This document shows, piece by piece, positions 31,869 through 42,262 of a DNA stretch of 64,000 nt. A program made the translations under genes and the position numbers. How positions within the stretch are numbered: position 1 is the first letter of the stretch; each line of letters opens with the position of its first letter. A model generated the notes under the pieces. The model searched no databases, was not told the DNA's origin, and worked only from the letters and a program-made list of their open reading frames with translations. Source of the stretch: an uncultured bacterium (GTDB lineage Bacteria; Verrucomicrobiota; Verrucomicrobiia; Limisphaerales; UBA8199); contig CAVVMW010000006.1 in assembly GCA_963749495.1 (NCBI GenBank), forward strand, positions 1,088,001 to 1,152,000. Reading direction: 5' to 3'.

Positions 31869-32460
31869 ACCACCCAAACCACCGATCGTGGCCGACAGGG
31901 GTGTGAGCGACGCGGCCCTCGCCCCCGCGCATCTCCGGGGCCGCCCCGGGCCTCAAGGCACCGCCGTAAGGCATCGCCGTTGCGCACCGGCGAAGCTACG
32001 GCGCGTCCGGGCACGCGAGGGCCTATGCTGACATCATCCCGGTCTGCTGAAACGGCCCACGGACGCGCTTTCTGGCCAGTTCAGCCTTCTGATTCACGTC
32101 AACATTTTGTTGAGAATCAATGACTTACGCGAAATCGGCGGAGGTTGTATTGACACCTATCGCCTCCTGTTTCCAATACTGCGTACATAGATTTCCCCGC
32201 GAAAAGGGAGGGTCACTAAACCAGATCCCCGCGGCTTTGTCAACGCCACGAATTCATTATCGGAAGCAGTATTGTCCCCCTTGAGACCGAAATCAAGCAA
32301 GAGCGGAGTGCGGAGTGGGGAATGACGAATGACGAACCCCTCTCTTTTCCCCTTGCCATTTTCGAGCGGATCTGAGATACATGGGTATATCCAGTTGCCG
32401 GTGGGGCGCTTCGAGCGCGCCGGCCGTGTATGGCCAGGGACAGGATGAAGTTGTCAGATT

Positions 32461-33313
32461 ATGAAACGACCGAGCCTGAACTCAATCTGCAAGGCTGCCG
32501 CGGCTAGCGGCAGGAGAGCGTTTACGTTGATCGAGTTGCTGGTGGTCATCGCCATCATTGCCATTTTGGCGGCGATGCTCCTGCCCGCCCTCGCCAAGGC
32601 CAAGATCAAGGCCCAGAGCGCCGAATGCGTCAGCAACCTTCACCAGCTTACCCTCGGCTGGACTCAGTATGCCGGCGATTACAGTGAGATCCTCGTCCCC
32701 AACTGGCTGGCGGACAAGCGTGCCTGGATCGATGGCGTCCTCGGCGATGTCAGCAGCCTGCCGGGGGCAACAAATATCATCGAGATCAAAACGGGTCTCC
32801 TATTCCCCTACAATCCCAATATCGGAACCTATGTCTGCCCGACGGCGCACCAAGGACCAGCCGAGATTGCCGGCCACCCGCGCCTCTGCCGCAACTACTC
32901 GATGGAGGGCCGCATGGGCGGGGCCGATGCCGTGACGGCGGCGAAATACGGGGTGTCCGACACTACGTGGGTCCTGGGCACTTCTTTCCCCCAATACAAG
33001 AAGATGACCGAGGTACTTCGCCCCTCGCCGGCGGAAGCGATGACCTTCGTCGACGAGAGCATCGAAACGATCGACGACGGCTACTTTGCCGTAAACTACG
33101 CCAGTGAACCAACCACCTGGCAGAATTCTCCGACTGTTCGCCACGGGCAATCCTGCGTTTTCTCGTTTGCCGACGGCCACGCCGAGCGGTGGAAGTGGCG
33201 GACGCTCAACAAGGACCAGAACCTCGATGCGTCCTCCTCCGGACCTCCCAACACGCTGGTGGACCCTGAGGCGGCTTCAGTTCGTCGTGTTCCGGACCTC
33301 GACCCAGCCTTAG
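32461..33313 (+). CDS. Prepilin-type N-methylation / H-X9-DG domain protein (frameshift near 33265)
   Basis: [41 protein letters not shown]; removing one C gives the ending [16 protein letters not shown]. Confidence 0.88.
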
Positions 33314-33420
33314 GGCGGAGGACGGAGGCCGGAGGACAGAGGCCGGAAGGCGGAGGACGGAGGCCGGAGGACAGAGGCCGGAAGGCGGAGGACGGAGGCC
33401 GGAAGACAGAAGTCGGAAGA
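33314..33420. repeat. Heptamer tandem repeat (GGAGGAC/GGAGGCC type)
   Basis: About 14 degenerate 7-nt units. Confidence 0.75.
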
Positions 33421-33856
33421 CGGTTGCCCGCGTTCAGCGTTTGCCCTGATTTCAGGGGCCAAAACGGTGTCATCCTTCGCTTCCCCACCACCTTACCCAG
33501 ATTTGCTTTGGGTTGGCCCCTTGAGGCGCTGGCGCGCATCCCGAAGGGATGAAAATCACTCAGCCCAGGGTTGAACGAAGCCGCGGCCCAAGGTTCGTTG
33601 GGCCATCCTTGGGGGTACTGCGGAAAGTCCTGGATTTGCCTTTGACTACGGTCTGCGGTCGAGGCTTTTGGGGACGGGCCAGAGCCGTGCCAACCTGCGC
33701 CAGTCCCGGTGCTGACGGGGCGGCAGCGTCGTCGAGGCTCCGGGATTGGCCACTGGCCAGTTGGGACGCTCAAGCGGGTGCCACGCGAACAAAGCGCGGG
33801 GGTGGGAGTTGGCCCCCCAGCCGGAACGAGCAGTGAGGTGGTCCAGGGCGTGGTTT

Positions 33857-35098
33857 TCATGGCGGCCTGATGGTGCGGCGGACGCCGAGGGGGGAGCCGT
33901 CGGGCAAGTGGATGACGTTGTCCCATGGGCGCCAGGAGCCGACCAGGACCAACCCGGTGCCACAATGCGGACAAAGCAGGCCTGCCTGCCGGACAGGCAG
34001 GGGTGTGGGCTGGGCGGAGACTCCTTGAGCGGCCAAGGCCGGGTCAGTCGGCGGGCTGGAGGTCGGAGGCTGCCAAGCGGCTTGCTCGGCCGCCGAGAGT
34101 AAGGGCGGTATTTTGAGCAGGGCTCGGATGCGGTTGAACTGGGCGCGTCCCCCTGGATGGAGCCAGCCAAAGCGGCGGACCCGATGGAATCTGGGCGGCA
34201 GGACGTGCTGGAGGAAGCGGCGGAGGAACTCGAAGGGGGCCATGTCGATGTGGCCCCAAGCCCCCGTGGCACTGTGGCGGAAGGGCCAGCGCAAGCGTCC
34301 GTCAGCCAGCAATTGGAGTTGGCGATTGCCGGTGGCGGTTTTAAACACGTAACGGCTAAGGTAGCGCAACGCCTTTTGGCCCCTGCCGACCGGAGCGCTG
34401 TGAACGACCCAGCGTTGCTGCCAGAGGTTGGCCGGGAGGTCATCAAGGGCCTCGGGCATCTGCTCTTGGAGTGCCTGGTGGTAAAGCGTGCGGCAGCGAT
34501 CGCTCAGGGCTTTGACCGGCAACAGGAACCGAGGGCGGCTGGAGATCCACTGGCGCTGGTCCGGGCTGAGGCCCCCGCCGGGCACCAGGTAGTGGACGTG
34601 GGGATGGTATTCGAGGGTGCGCGTCCAGGTGTGGAGCACGCCCAGCATACCGAGGGTGGCGCCGAGGCGTTTGGGATTTTGAGCCAGATCCTGCAGGGCC
34701 TGGGAACTGGCGGCCAGGAGCAGGTCATAGCCCTTTTGGGGGTGAGAGCGGATCCAGCGGCGCAAGCCGTTGGGCACGGTGAAGGTGACCAGGAAATAGT
34801 TCACCGGCAGCAACAGGGCGCTATTCTCATCAAGCCACTGCTGGGCATCCTGGCCGCCGCACTGCGGGCAGTGCCGGTCGTTGCAGGAGTGATAACTGAA
34901 GTGGCGGTGGTCGCACTTGGGGCAACAGTACATCGCCCCGCCCAGGGCCGGGGTGCGGCAAGCCAAGAGGCGTTGCAGCACCCGGCACTGGCGGGTGGGC
35001 ATGGCAGCTCCGAACTGCTCCAGATAGGCCGGAGCCCATCGGCACAACACTTCGTGGACGGATAAGGAGCTGCCGCTGTCCTGAGCGGCTGCGGCCAT
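33857..35098 (-). CDS. IS91-family (Y2, HUH) transposase with Zn-binding N-terminus
   Basis: CRTPALGG..CPKC..SCNDRHCPQC, VTFTVP, LHTW..HPHVH, YLSRY, FLQHVLP..RVRRFG. Confidence 0.93.
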   Translation of the reverse strand: MAAAAQDSGSSLSVHEVLCRWAPAYLEQFGAAMPTRQCRVLQRLLACRTPALGGAMYCCPKCDHRHFSYHSCNDRHCPQCGGQDAQQWLDENSALLLPVNYFLVTFTVPNGLRRWIRSHPQKGYDLLLAASSQALQDLAQNPKRLGATLGMLGVLHTWTRTLEYHPHVHYLVPGGGLSPDQRQWISSRPRFLLPVKALSDRCRTLYHQALQEQMPEALDDLPANLWQQRWVVHSAPVGRGQKALRYLSRYVFKTATGNRQLQLLADGRLRWPFRHSATGAWGHIDMAPFEFLRRFLQHVLPPRFHRVRRFGWLHPGGRAQFNRIRALLKIPPLLSAAEQAAWQPPTSSPPTDPALAAQGVSAQPTPLPVRQAGLLCPHCGTGLVLVGSWRPWDNVIHLPDGSPLGVRRTIRPP

Positions 35099-35109
35099 TG
35101 AGAGGCCGC

Positions 35110-35999
35110 CTAGAGGTCGCCCATGAACTTGTTAATGCGCTGCTGGTGCTGAGTCTGACAGAGGGTGGTTAAGTGGGTGTAGATGACGGTGGTGACGGGG
35201 CTGTGATGGCCGAGGTTGACCTGCAATTGGCGGAGGTTTTCGCCTTGCTCCAGCAGGTGGGTGGCATAGCTGTGGCGCAGCGTATGAATGTGGGCCGCCT
35301 TTTTGATGCCGCTGGCGTGCAGGGCCAGACGGAAGGCTCGTTGCAGCGTGGTGCGGTTCATGGGCTCGGTGGCGGTAAGAGCGCCCAGACCGCTGTGGCC
35401 TTTAGCTGGGAAAAGCCATCGTGGATGGCGGTGGCTGCGCCAGAGTTCGCGCAGCAGTTCCAGGGTGCGCTGGGGCAAGGGCACATAACGGTTGCGGTTG
35501 CCCTTGCCCGCCCGGATGTGCAAGAACATCCGTTGGGAATCAATGTCGCCGACTTCCAGGTTGACGGCTTCGCCCAAGCGCAGGCCACAGGAGTAGATCG
35601 TCGTCAGGGCGACCCGATGGTCCAGAGGGGCAACCCGGCCGATAATCGTGCGCACCTCGGAGGCCGAGAGGATAACTGGCAGCTTGAATTGGGGCGTGGC
35701 GCGCACAAACTCCAGTTCCGCGGGCCAGGGCCGCTGGAGGGTTTTCTCCCAGAAGAGTTTGATGGCACACAAAGCCTGCGTGGAGGTTTGGCGGGCCAAG
35801 TGCCGCTCGGTCTTGAGATGGATGAAATACTGGCGGAGTTCCTCGGCGCTCACCAAGTCGGGTGAGCGCTCAAAGTAATCGGAGAGTTGGCGCACACAGA
35901 CCCAGTAGATCTCTTGGCTTCGGGGCTGGAGCGGCAGCAGAGCCAGGTCATCGGCAAAGCGGTTCAGGATTGCGTGAGGAGAACTTTTTTTATATGCAT
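35110..35999 (-). CDS. Tyrosine recombinase/integrase (ATG at 35999 is out of frame by one base at an A7 run)
   Basis: YSCGLRLGE, GKGNRNR, HTLRHSYATHLL, LGH..TVIY; frame open upstream through DDLALL..RSQEIY. Confidence 0.92.
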
Positions 36000-36209
36000 A
36001 GCTGCGGTACTACAAGTTAATGGTGACGGTTTGCCGTGCGTCAATGCACGGCGAACCGTCATCAGTCTGTGGGAGTTCCGACCATAGGCCAACGCAAAAC
36101 CAGCCCTCCAGCCTGCGAACTGCGGAGCCGCAGCACTTCCGTCTTCTCCGCCGCGTAGCGGCTTCGTTCAACCCTGGGCTGAGTGCTTGCTATCCTTTCA
36201 GGATGAGGG

Positions 36210-36289
36210 CGTTTCACGCCTCACGTTTCACGTTTCACGTTTCACGTTTCACGTTTCACGTTTCACGTTTCACGCCTCACGTTTCACAC
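36210..36289. repeat. Heptamer tandem repeat (TTTCACG)n
   Basis: About 11 units; also at 48020-48045 and 51914-51942. Confidence 0.85.
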
Positions 36290-36297
36290 CTCCGCCG

Positions 36298-37188
36298 TCA
36301 AAGCGGTTTCCCCGTCAGCCTCTGGTATGCCTCCAGGTACTTCGCTTGGGTCCTGGCCACGACCTCCAAGGGCAAGGCGGGGGCAGGCGGGGTCTTGTCC
36401 CAATCCAGCGTTTCGAGGTAATCGCGCACGAATTGCTTGTCGAAACTCGGCTGGCTCTTGCCGGGCTGGTACGGCTCGGCCGGCCAGAACCTCGACGAAT
36501 CGGGGGTCAGGACCTCATCGATGAGGAGCAACTGGCCGTCGAGCAGGCCAAACTCGAACTTCGTGTCGGCGATAATAATCCCCCGCCCGCGGGCATAGTC
36601 GCGGGCGAACTGGTAGAGCCTGAGGCTGGCGGCGCGGAGGCGCCCTGCGAGGTCCGCCCCCACGATGGCCGCCGCGCGGTCGAACGAGATGTTTTCATCA
36701 TGGCCGCTCTCGGCCTTGGTGGCCGGTGTGAAGATGGGTTCGGGCAGTTCGGAGGATTCCACAAGGCCGGGCGGGAGGTGGATGCCGCAGACGGTCTGGC
36801 TGGAGCGATACTCTTTCCAGCCCGAGCCGGCGAGATAGCCGCGCACGACGCACTCGATGGGCAGCGGCGCGGCCTTTTTCACGATCATGCTGCGGCGCGC
36901 CAGTTGCTCGGTAAAGGGCCGGAGATTCTCCGGCAACGGCGTGTTGGCGTGCCAGAGCAGGTGGTTGGGCTGGAAAGGGGCGGTCTGCTCGAACCAAAAA
37001 TAGGAGATCTGCGTCAGCACCTCGCCCTTGCGCGGGATGCCGTTGGGCATAATGCAGTCGAAAGCAGAAATCCGGTCGCTCGCCACCATCAGCAAGCGGT
37101 CGCCCAAATCGAAGATCTCCCTCACTTTGCCGCTCTTGATTTTCTTGATGCCGGGCAATTCCAGGTGCAGCAGGGTCTCGGTTTCCAT
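36298..37188 (-). CDS. purC: Phosphoribosylaminoimidazolesuccinocarboxamide (SAICAR) synthase
   Basis: GKVREIF, SDRISAFD, ECVVRGYLAGS, DTKFEFG, DEVLTPDSSRFW, DKQFVR. Confidence 0.97.
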   Translation of the reverse strand: METETLLHLELPGIKKIKSGKVREIFDLGDRLLMVASDRISAFDCIMPNGIPRKGEVLTQISYFWFEQTAPFQPNHLLWHANTPLPENLRPFTEQLARRSMIVKKAAPLPIECVVRGYLAGSGWKEYRSSQTVCGIHLPPGLVESSELPEPIFTPATKAESGHDENISFDRAAAIVGADLAGRLRAASLRLYQFARDYARGRGIIIADTKFEFGLLDGQLLLIDEVLTPDSSRFWPAEPYQPGKSQPSFDKQFVRDYLETLDWDKTPPAPALPLEVVARTQAKYLEAYQRLTGKPL

Positions 37189-37488
37189 GGACTAACTATC
37201 GCGCAGAGGGCGAGAGGGGAAAAGCAAAATTGTCGGGTCTTCAGGCCGAAGGCCTGGCTCATACCAGCCCAGGGCAAAGCCCCATTGCACCCGACTTCCG
37301 ATGACTTTGGTATCTTTGTCGCAGCCTTTGTCGCAGCCTTTGTCGAGCTCGGCCGGATTTCGACAAAGGTTTCGACAAAGGCTGCGACAAAGGTCGTGAA
37401 AGCCACTCAAAGTCCGGCGCGGTAGGGCGGTGCCCCAGGAAATGATCCGACCCAGCGCCTGGAGCGCCAACGGCGCGGCCCATGCCAT

Positions 37489-38753
37489 CTGCGTCCGGCT
37501 CACCGCGTAGCGGTGCCCGATGGTAGCCGTGGACTTCCAGTCCACGGACCCGTGGCCCAAGCTCGACCGCGTCGCGTAGCGACACCTGAAAACCGCGAGG
37601 CCGTCAGGCGTCGCTACGCGACGCGGACCCGTTCCCACGCCTCAAACCGTGGACCGAGGTCCACGGCTACCTTCACTGCGTTGCTCCGCGACGCGCGCGC
37701 TGCGTCCGGCTCACCGCGTAACGGTGCCCGATGGTAGCCGTGGACTTCCAGTCCACGGACCCGTGGCCCAAGCTCGACCGCGTCGCGTAGCGACGCCTGA
37801 AAACCGCGAGGCCGTCAGGCGTCGCTACGCGACGCGGGCCCGTTCCCACGCCTCAAACCGTGGACCGAGGTCCACGGCTACCTTCACTGCGTCGCTCCGC
37901 GACGCGCGCGCTGCGTCCGGCTCACCGCGTAGCGGTGCCCGATGGTAGCCGTGGACTTCCAGTCCACGGACCCGTGGCCCAAGCTCGACCGCGTCGCGTA
38001 GCGACGCCTGAAAACCGCGAGGCCGTCAGGCGTCGCTACGCGACGCGGACCCGTTCCCACGCCTCAAACCGTGGACCGAGGTCCACGGCTACCTTCACTG
38101 CGTCGCTCCGCGACGCGCGCGCTGCGTCCTGCTCACCGCGTAGCGGTGCCCGATGGTAGCCGTGGACTTCCAGTCCACGGACCCGTGGCCCAAGCTCGAC
38201 CGCGTCGCGTAGCGACGCCTGAAAACCGCGAGGCCGTCAGGCGTCGCTACGCGACGCGGACCCGTTCCCAGCCGCAAACCGTGGACCGAGGTCCACGGCT
38301 ACCTTCACTGCGTCGCTCCGCGACGCGCGCGCTGCGTCCGGCTCACCGCGTAGCGGTGCCCGATGGTAGCCGTGGACTTCCAGTCCACGGACCCGTGGCC
38401 CAAGCTCAACCGCGTCGCGTAGCGACGCCTGAAAACCGCGAGGCCGTCAGGCGTCGCTACGCGACGCGGGCCCGTTCCCACGCCTCAAACCGTGGACCGA
38501 GGTCCACGGCTACCTTCACTGCGTCGCTCCGCGACGCGCGCGCTGCGTCCGGCTCACCGCGTAGCGGTGCCCGATGGTAGCCGTGGACTTCCAGTCCACG
38601 GACCCGTGGCCCAAGCTCAACCGCGTCGCGTAGCGACGCCTGAAAACCGCGAGGCCGTCAGGCGTCGCTACGCGACGCGGACCCGTTCCCACGCCTCAAA
38701 CCGTGGACCGAGGTCCACGGCTACCTTCACTGCGTCGCTCCGCGACGCGCGCG
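37489..38753. repeat. Tandem array of six ~211-bp REP doublets (BIME/REPIN-like, family A)
   Basis: Units start at 37489, 37700, 37911, 38122, 38332 and 38543; near-identical; each has GTAG+CCGTGGACttccaGTCCACGG and an inverted CCGTGGACcgagGTCCACGG+CTAC. Confidence 0.95.
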
Positions 38754-38781
38754 CAGGGCGTTGCCGCAGGCTTGACTCTGG

Positions 38782-39747
38782 TCACCCGGGCCTGCGCCGC
38801 TCCCGCTGGGCGGCCAGGAGCGACAGGAGCACCGAGAGCAGGATGATCCCGGCGACAACGGCCAGCGAGACGGAGGTGGGAATCTCGAGCTGGATTCCGC
38901 GCGGGGGCAGGTCGTGCGGGTCGAGCAGCATTTTGGTCCCGATGAAGACCAGGACGACCGACAGGCCGGCCTTGAGGTAGCGGAAAGAGCCGATGGCGCC
39001 CGCCAGGACGAAGTAAAGCGAGCGCAGGCCGAGGATGGCGAAGACGTTCGAGGTGAAGACGATGAAGGCCTTGGTGGTGACGGCGAAGACGGCGGGCACC
39101 GAATCGAACGCGAAGACCAGGTCGGTGGTTTCGATCATGAGCAGGACCAGGGCCAGGGGCGTAAGGGCCCGTTTGCCCTGCCAGCGGGTCACGAATTTTT
39201 GCCCCTCCAGCGCCGGTGTCACGGGATAGAACCGGCGGACAAAGCGGATGACGCGGTTTCTCTCGGGCCGGACCTTGGGCTGCGTGAAGATGAGCCGGAT
39301 GCCGGTGAACAGGACGAAGGCGCCGAGGGCGTAAAGGACCCAGTGCAACATGGCGATGAGGGCCACGCCCACCCCGATCATCAAGCCCCGCATGAGCAGC
39401 GCCCCCAGGATGCCCCAGAACAGGACCCGGTGCTGGAGGGCGGAGGGAATGCCGAAATAGGCGAAGATCAGCGCCATGACGAACACGTTGTCCATCGAGA
39501 GCGACAGCTCGATGAGATAGCCGGTGTAGAATTGGAGGGCCTCCTTTTGCCCGCGCAAAAACTGAAGTCCAAGGCCAAACAGCAGCGCCAAACCGACCCA
39601 CAGCGCCGTCCACGCCAGCGCCTCGCGGGTCTGGACCGCGTGCGCGCGGCGATGGACCACGCCCAAATCCAGCGCCAGAAACCCCAACACGCAGGCGATG
39701 AAGCCCGCCCAATGCCACCAGCCAATTTCTATCCCCGCCCCGCTCAC
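38782..39747 (-). CDS. TerC/Alx family metal (Mn) transporter
   Basis: GYLIELSLSMDNVFV, QHRVLFWGILGA, IETTDLVFAFDSVPA, TSNVFAILGLR; GTG start overlaps the secDF TGA. Confidence 0.92.
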   Translation of the reverse strand: MSGAGIEIGWWHWAGFIACVLGFLALDLGVVHRRAHAVQTREALAWTALWVGLALLFGLGLQFLRGQKEALQFYTGYLIELSLSMDNVFVMALIFAYFGIPSALQHRVLFWGILGALLMRGLMIGVGVALIAMLHWVLYALGAFVLFTGIRLIFTQPKVRPERNRVIRFVRRFYPVTPALEGQKFVTRWQGKRALTPLALVLLMIETTDLVFAFDSVPAVFAVTTKAFIVFTSNVFAILGLRSLYFVLAGAIGSFRYLKAGLSVVLVFIGTKMLLDPHDLPPRGIQLEIPTSVSLAVVAGIILLSVLLSLLAAQRERRRPG

Positions 39748-42248
39748 GTCACCGCCGGGCCGGTGCGTTGGCCCCGAGCGGCGGCGATGGTCTCGGCCGC
39801 GACCGGGCCGGCGCCGATCTGGGGCCGCAGCCCCTTGTGCCACCACAGGACCAGGGCGCTGGCGATGTAGATGCTGGAGTAGGTGCCGGTGACGATGCCG
39901 ATGAGGAAGGTAAAGGCAAAGTCGCGGATTTCGCCCCCGCCGAAGATGTACAACGAAGAGGTGGCGATGAAGACCGTGCCTGAGGTGATGATCGTCCGGC
40001 TCAGGGTCTGGTTGAGCGAGAGGTTCATCACGTCTTTGAACGTGCCCCGAATCCCCAGCTTGAGGCTCTCCCGGATACGGTCGAAGATGACGATGGTATC
40101 GTTGGTGGAGAAGCCGATGATCGTCAGGATGGCGGCGACCGAAGTGGCGCTGAACTGGCCTCCGGCCACGCAATACAGGCCGATCGTCATGAGCACGTCA
40201 TGGATGACGGCCAGGACGGCGCCGACGGCAAACGAGAACTCGTAGCGGAAGGCCACATAGACCAGGATGCCGAAGAGCGAAAGCAAGGAGGCGATAATGG
40301 CCGAGCGGGTGATGTCGCTGCCGACGGAGGCGCCAACGTGCTCGCGGCCCACAGCAGTGAAGTTGCCGGGCCAGAGCTTCTCCAGTGTGTTGGTCACGAC
40401 ACCACCGGGGTCCGAAAGCGTATCCAGGCGGAGAGTCTCGGCGCCCGTGCCCAGGTTTTTCTGAGACTGGATTCTGGCGTCCTTGACGCCCGCCGTCTCG
40501 AGGGCACGGCGAACCTCGCCGACTGGGATCTTCTGCTTGAACGAGCAGGTGATGGTATCGCCGCCAACGAAATCGCGGCCGAAGGTGCTCATACCGCGGT
40601 AAATGCCGACGCCGACGCCGAAGGTAATGATGACCCAGGAGGTGATGAAGGCGGGCTTGGCCAGCTTCATGAAGTCCAGCTTCAAGTGGGAGGGGATGAG
40701 GTGGAACATCTTGATGGCCTTGAGCCAGCCGCGCTCGACCAGGAAATCGAAGATCATCCGCGTGACCACCAGGGCGGTGAAGAGGCTGGCGGCCACACCG
40801 ATGGTGAGGGCGACGCCGAAGCCCTTGATCGAGCCTGTGCCCATGAAGATGAGGATGACCGAGGAGATGAGGGTGGTGACGTGGGAGTCGAAGATCGTGC
40901 CAAACGCGCGGGCATAGCCGGCGGCGATGGCGCCGCGCAGGGACTTGCCCTTGGCGGATTCCTCACGGATGCGCTCGTAGATGAGCACGTTGGCATCGAC
41001 GGCCATGCCTGCGGTCAGGACGATGCCGGAAATGCCCGGCAGGGTAAGGGTGGTGCCGATGGAGCACATGACGCCCAGCAGGATGATGATGTTGAAGATG
41101 AGGGCGACGTTGGCCACCATGCCCGCGATCAGGTAGTAGAGGAGCATGAAGGCGGAGACGGCCAGCACGCCGACCACACAGGCAATGATGCCGCTGTGGA
41201 TGGCGTCGCGTCCCAGGGTGGGATCCACCTGGCTCGAACTCATGAGTTCGAGGGGGGCGCGCAACGGGTTTTCGAGGGCGTTGGCCAGGTCCATGGCCTC
41301 TTTAATGTCGAACTGGCCGGTAATCTGGCCGGCGCCCGTCTCGATGGGCGTTCGGATGACCGGGGCCGAGAGGAGCACGCCATCCAGCACGATCCCCAGG
41401 CGGTGGCCCACGTTCTCGCGCGTGAGCGCGCCGAAGATATCGGCGCCCTGGGCATTGAGGGTGAATTCTATTTCCGGCTCAGCCAGGTTGCCCCGCCCCA
41501 CGAAGGCCCGGGAGATGGCGTCGCCCTTCAAATCGGGGCGTTTCTTGACCAGGAGATTCTCGACCTCCTGGCGCCCGTTGCGCCGCTCCTTGAGCTTCAT
41601 CAACTCATAGCCCGGCTCGGTGATCTGCTGGGCAATCAGTTCCTGGCTCTTGGGGTGGACCATGCGGAATTCCAGATAGGCGGCGCGCTTGATCGAATCG
41701 ATGGCGTCCTGCTGGTTGGCGGCCGAGAGGCCGGGCAGTTGCACCAGGATCTCGTCCTTGCCCTGGGGCTGGATGAGCGGCTCGGCCACGCCGAAGCGGT
41801 CCACGCGCCGGCGGAGCACCTCGACCGCCTGCGACAGGGCCGCGCCCGTGTCCGCATTGGTCAGCAACTCGGTCTTCATGCGCACCAGGAACGAGGTGCC
41901 GCCCTGGAGGTCCAGGCCCAGCCGGATGCGGCCCGCCGCCTCGCGTTGCAGGCGGTTGAGAATGAAGGCCGTCGGGTGGTCCTCGTCCTTGGCATCGAAG
42001 AACATGAAGTAACGGGTGATGTCATTGGTCCCGATGGCCTCCCTCAGGTCGTCGTAGGGCTTGTCCGGGGCCTTTTTCTGCAGTTGCAGGGCCTTCTGCA
42101 TGATCCCTGCGAAGGTCGCATCATGGTTCCGGGCCCGTTGACGAAAATACTGGATGAGGTCCCGTCCGCTGGGCGGCCAGACTTCATAGATCGACCACAG
42201 GATGACCATGGCAACCAGGAAAACTCTCCAAAAGCTATTGCGATTCAT
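39744..42248 (-). CDS. secDF: Fused protein translocase subunit SecDF
   Basis: LGLDLQGG, GMAVDANVLIYERIREE, DFVGG, GFSTNDTIVIFDRIRE, GTYSSIYIAS. Confidence 0.97.
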   Translation of the reverse strand: MNRNSFWRVFLVAMVILWSIYEVWPPSGRDLIQYFRQRARNHDATFAGIMQKALQLQKKAPDKPYDDLREAIGTNDITRYFMFFDAKDEDHPTAFILNRLQREAAGRIRLGLDLQGGTSFLVRMKTELLTNADTGAALSQAVEVLRRRVDRFGVAEPLIQPQGKDEILVQLPGLSAANQQDAIDSIKRAAYLEFRMVHPKSQELIAQQITEPGYELMKLKERRNGRQEVENLLVKKRPDLKGDAISRAFVGRGNLAEPEIEFTLNAQGADIFGALTRENVGHRLGIVLDGVLLSAPVIRTPIETGAGQITGQFDIKEAMDLANALENPLRAPLELMSSSQVDPTLGRDAIHSGIIACVVGVLAVSAFMLLYYLIAGMVANVALIFNIIILLGVMCSIGTTLTLPGISGIVLTAGMAVDANVLIYERIREESAKGKSLRGAIAAGYARAFGTIFDSHVTTLISSVILIFMGTGSIKGFGVALTIGVAASLFTALVVTRMIFDFLVERGWLKAIKMFHLIPSHLKLDFMKLAKPAFITSWVIITFGVGVGIYRGMSTFGRDFVGGDTITCSFKQKIPVGEVRRALETAGVKDARIQSQKNLGTGAETLRLDTLSDPGGVVTNTLEKLWPGNFTAVGREHVGASVGSDITRSAIIASLLSLFGILVYVAFRYEFSFAVGAVLAVIHDVLMTIGLYCVAGGQFSATSVAAILTIIGFSTNDTIVIFDRIRESLKLGIRGTFKDVMNLSLNQTLSRTIITSGTVFIATSSLYIFGGGEIRDFAFTFLIGIVTGTYSSIYIASALVLWWHKGLRPQIGAGPVAAETIAAARGQRTGPAVT

Positions 42249-42262
42249 GAGAACAAACCAAA

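Larger units (their letters stand above)
33557..36185 (-). mobile_element. Tyrosine recombinase + IS91-type transposase element within a 28-bp perfect inverted repeat
   Basis: cactcagcccagggttgaacgaagccgc (33557-33584) is the exact reverse complement of 36158-36185. Confidence 0.85.

Noticed and set aside
32100..32240. Riboswitch or dif-like site upstream of the prepilin gene (aatcaatgacttac; TTGACA at 32150)
   Set aside because: No aptamer consensus or full 28-bp dif structure could be supported by eye, and the -10 element is weak
35110..35999. Integron integrase with cassette array
   Set aside because: No IntI-specific insertion or attC array recognised; it is paired with an IS91-type transposase
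37489..38753. CRISPR array
   Set aside because: Whole 211-bp units are near-identical with no unique spacers, and no cas genes are in the window
37513..38980. Repeated ORFs (MDRGPRLP.., MPDGSRG..) in the array
   Set aside because: Translations of the palindromic repeat; no protein-like features
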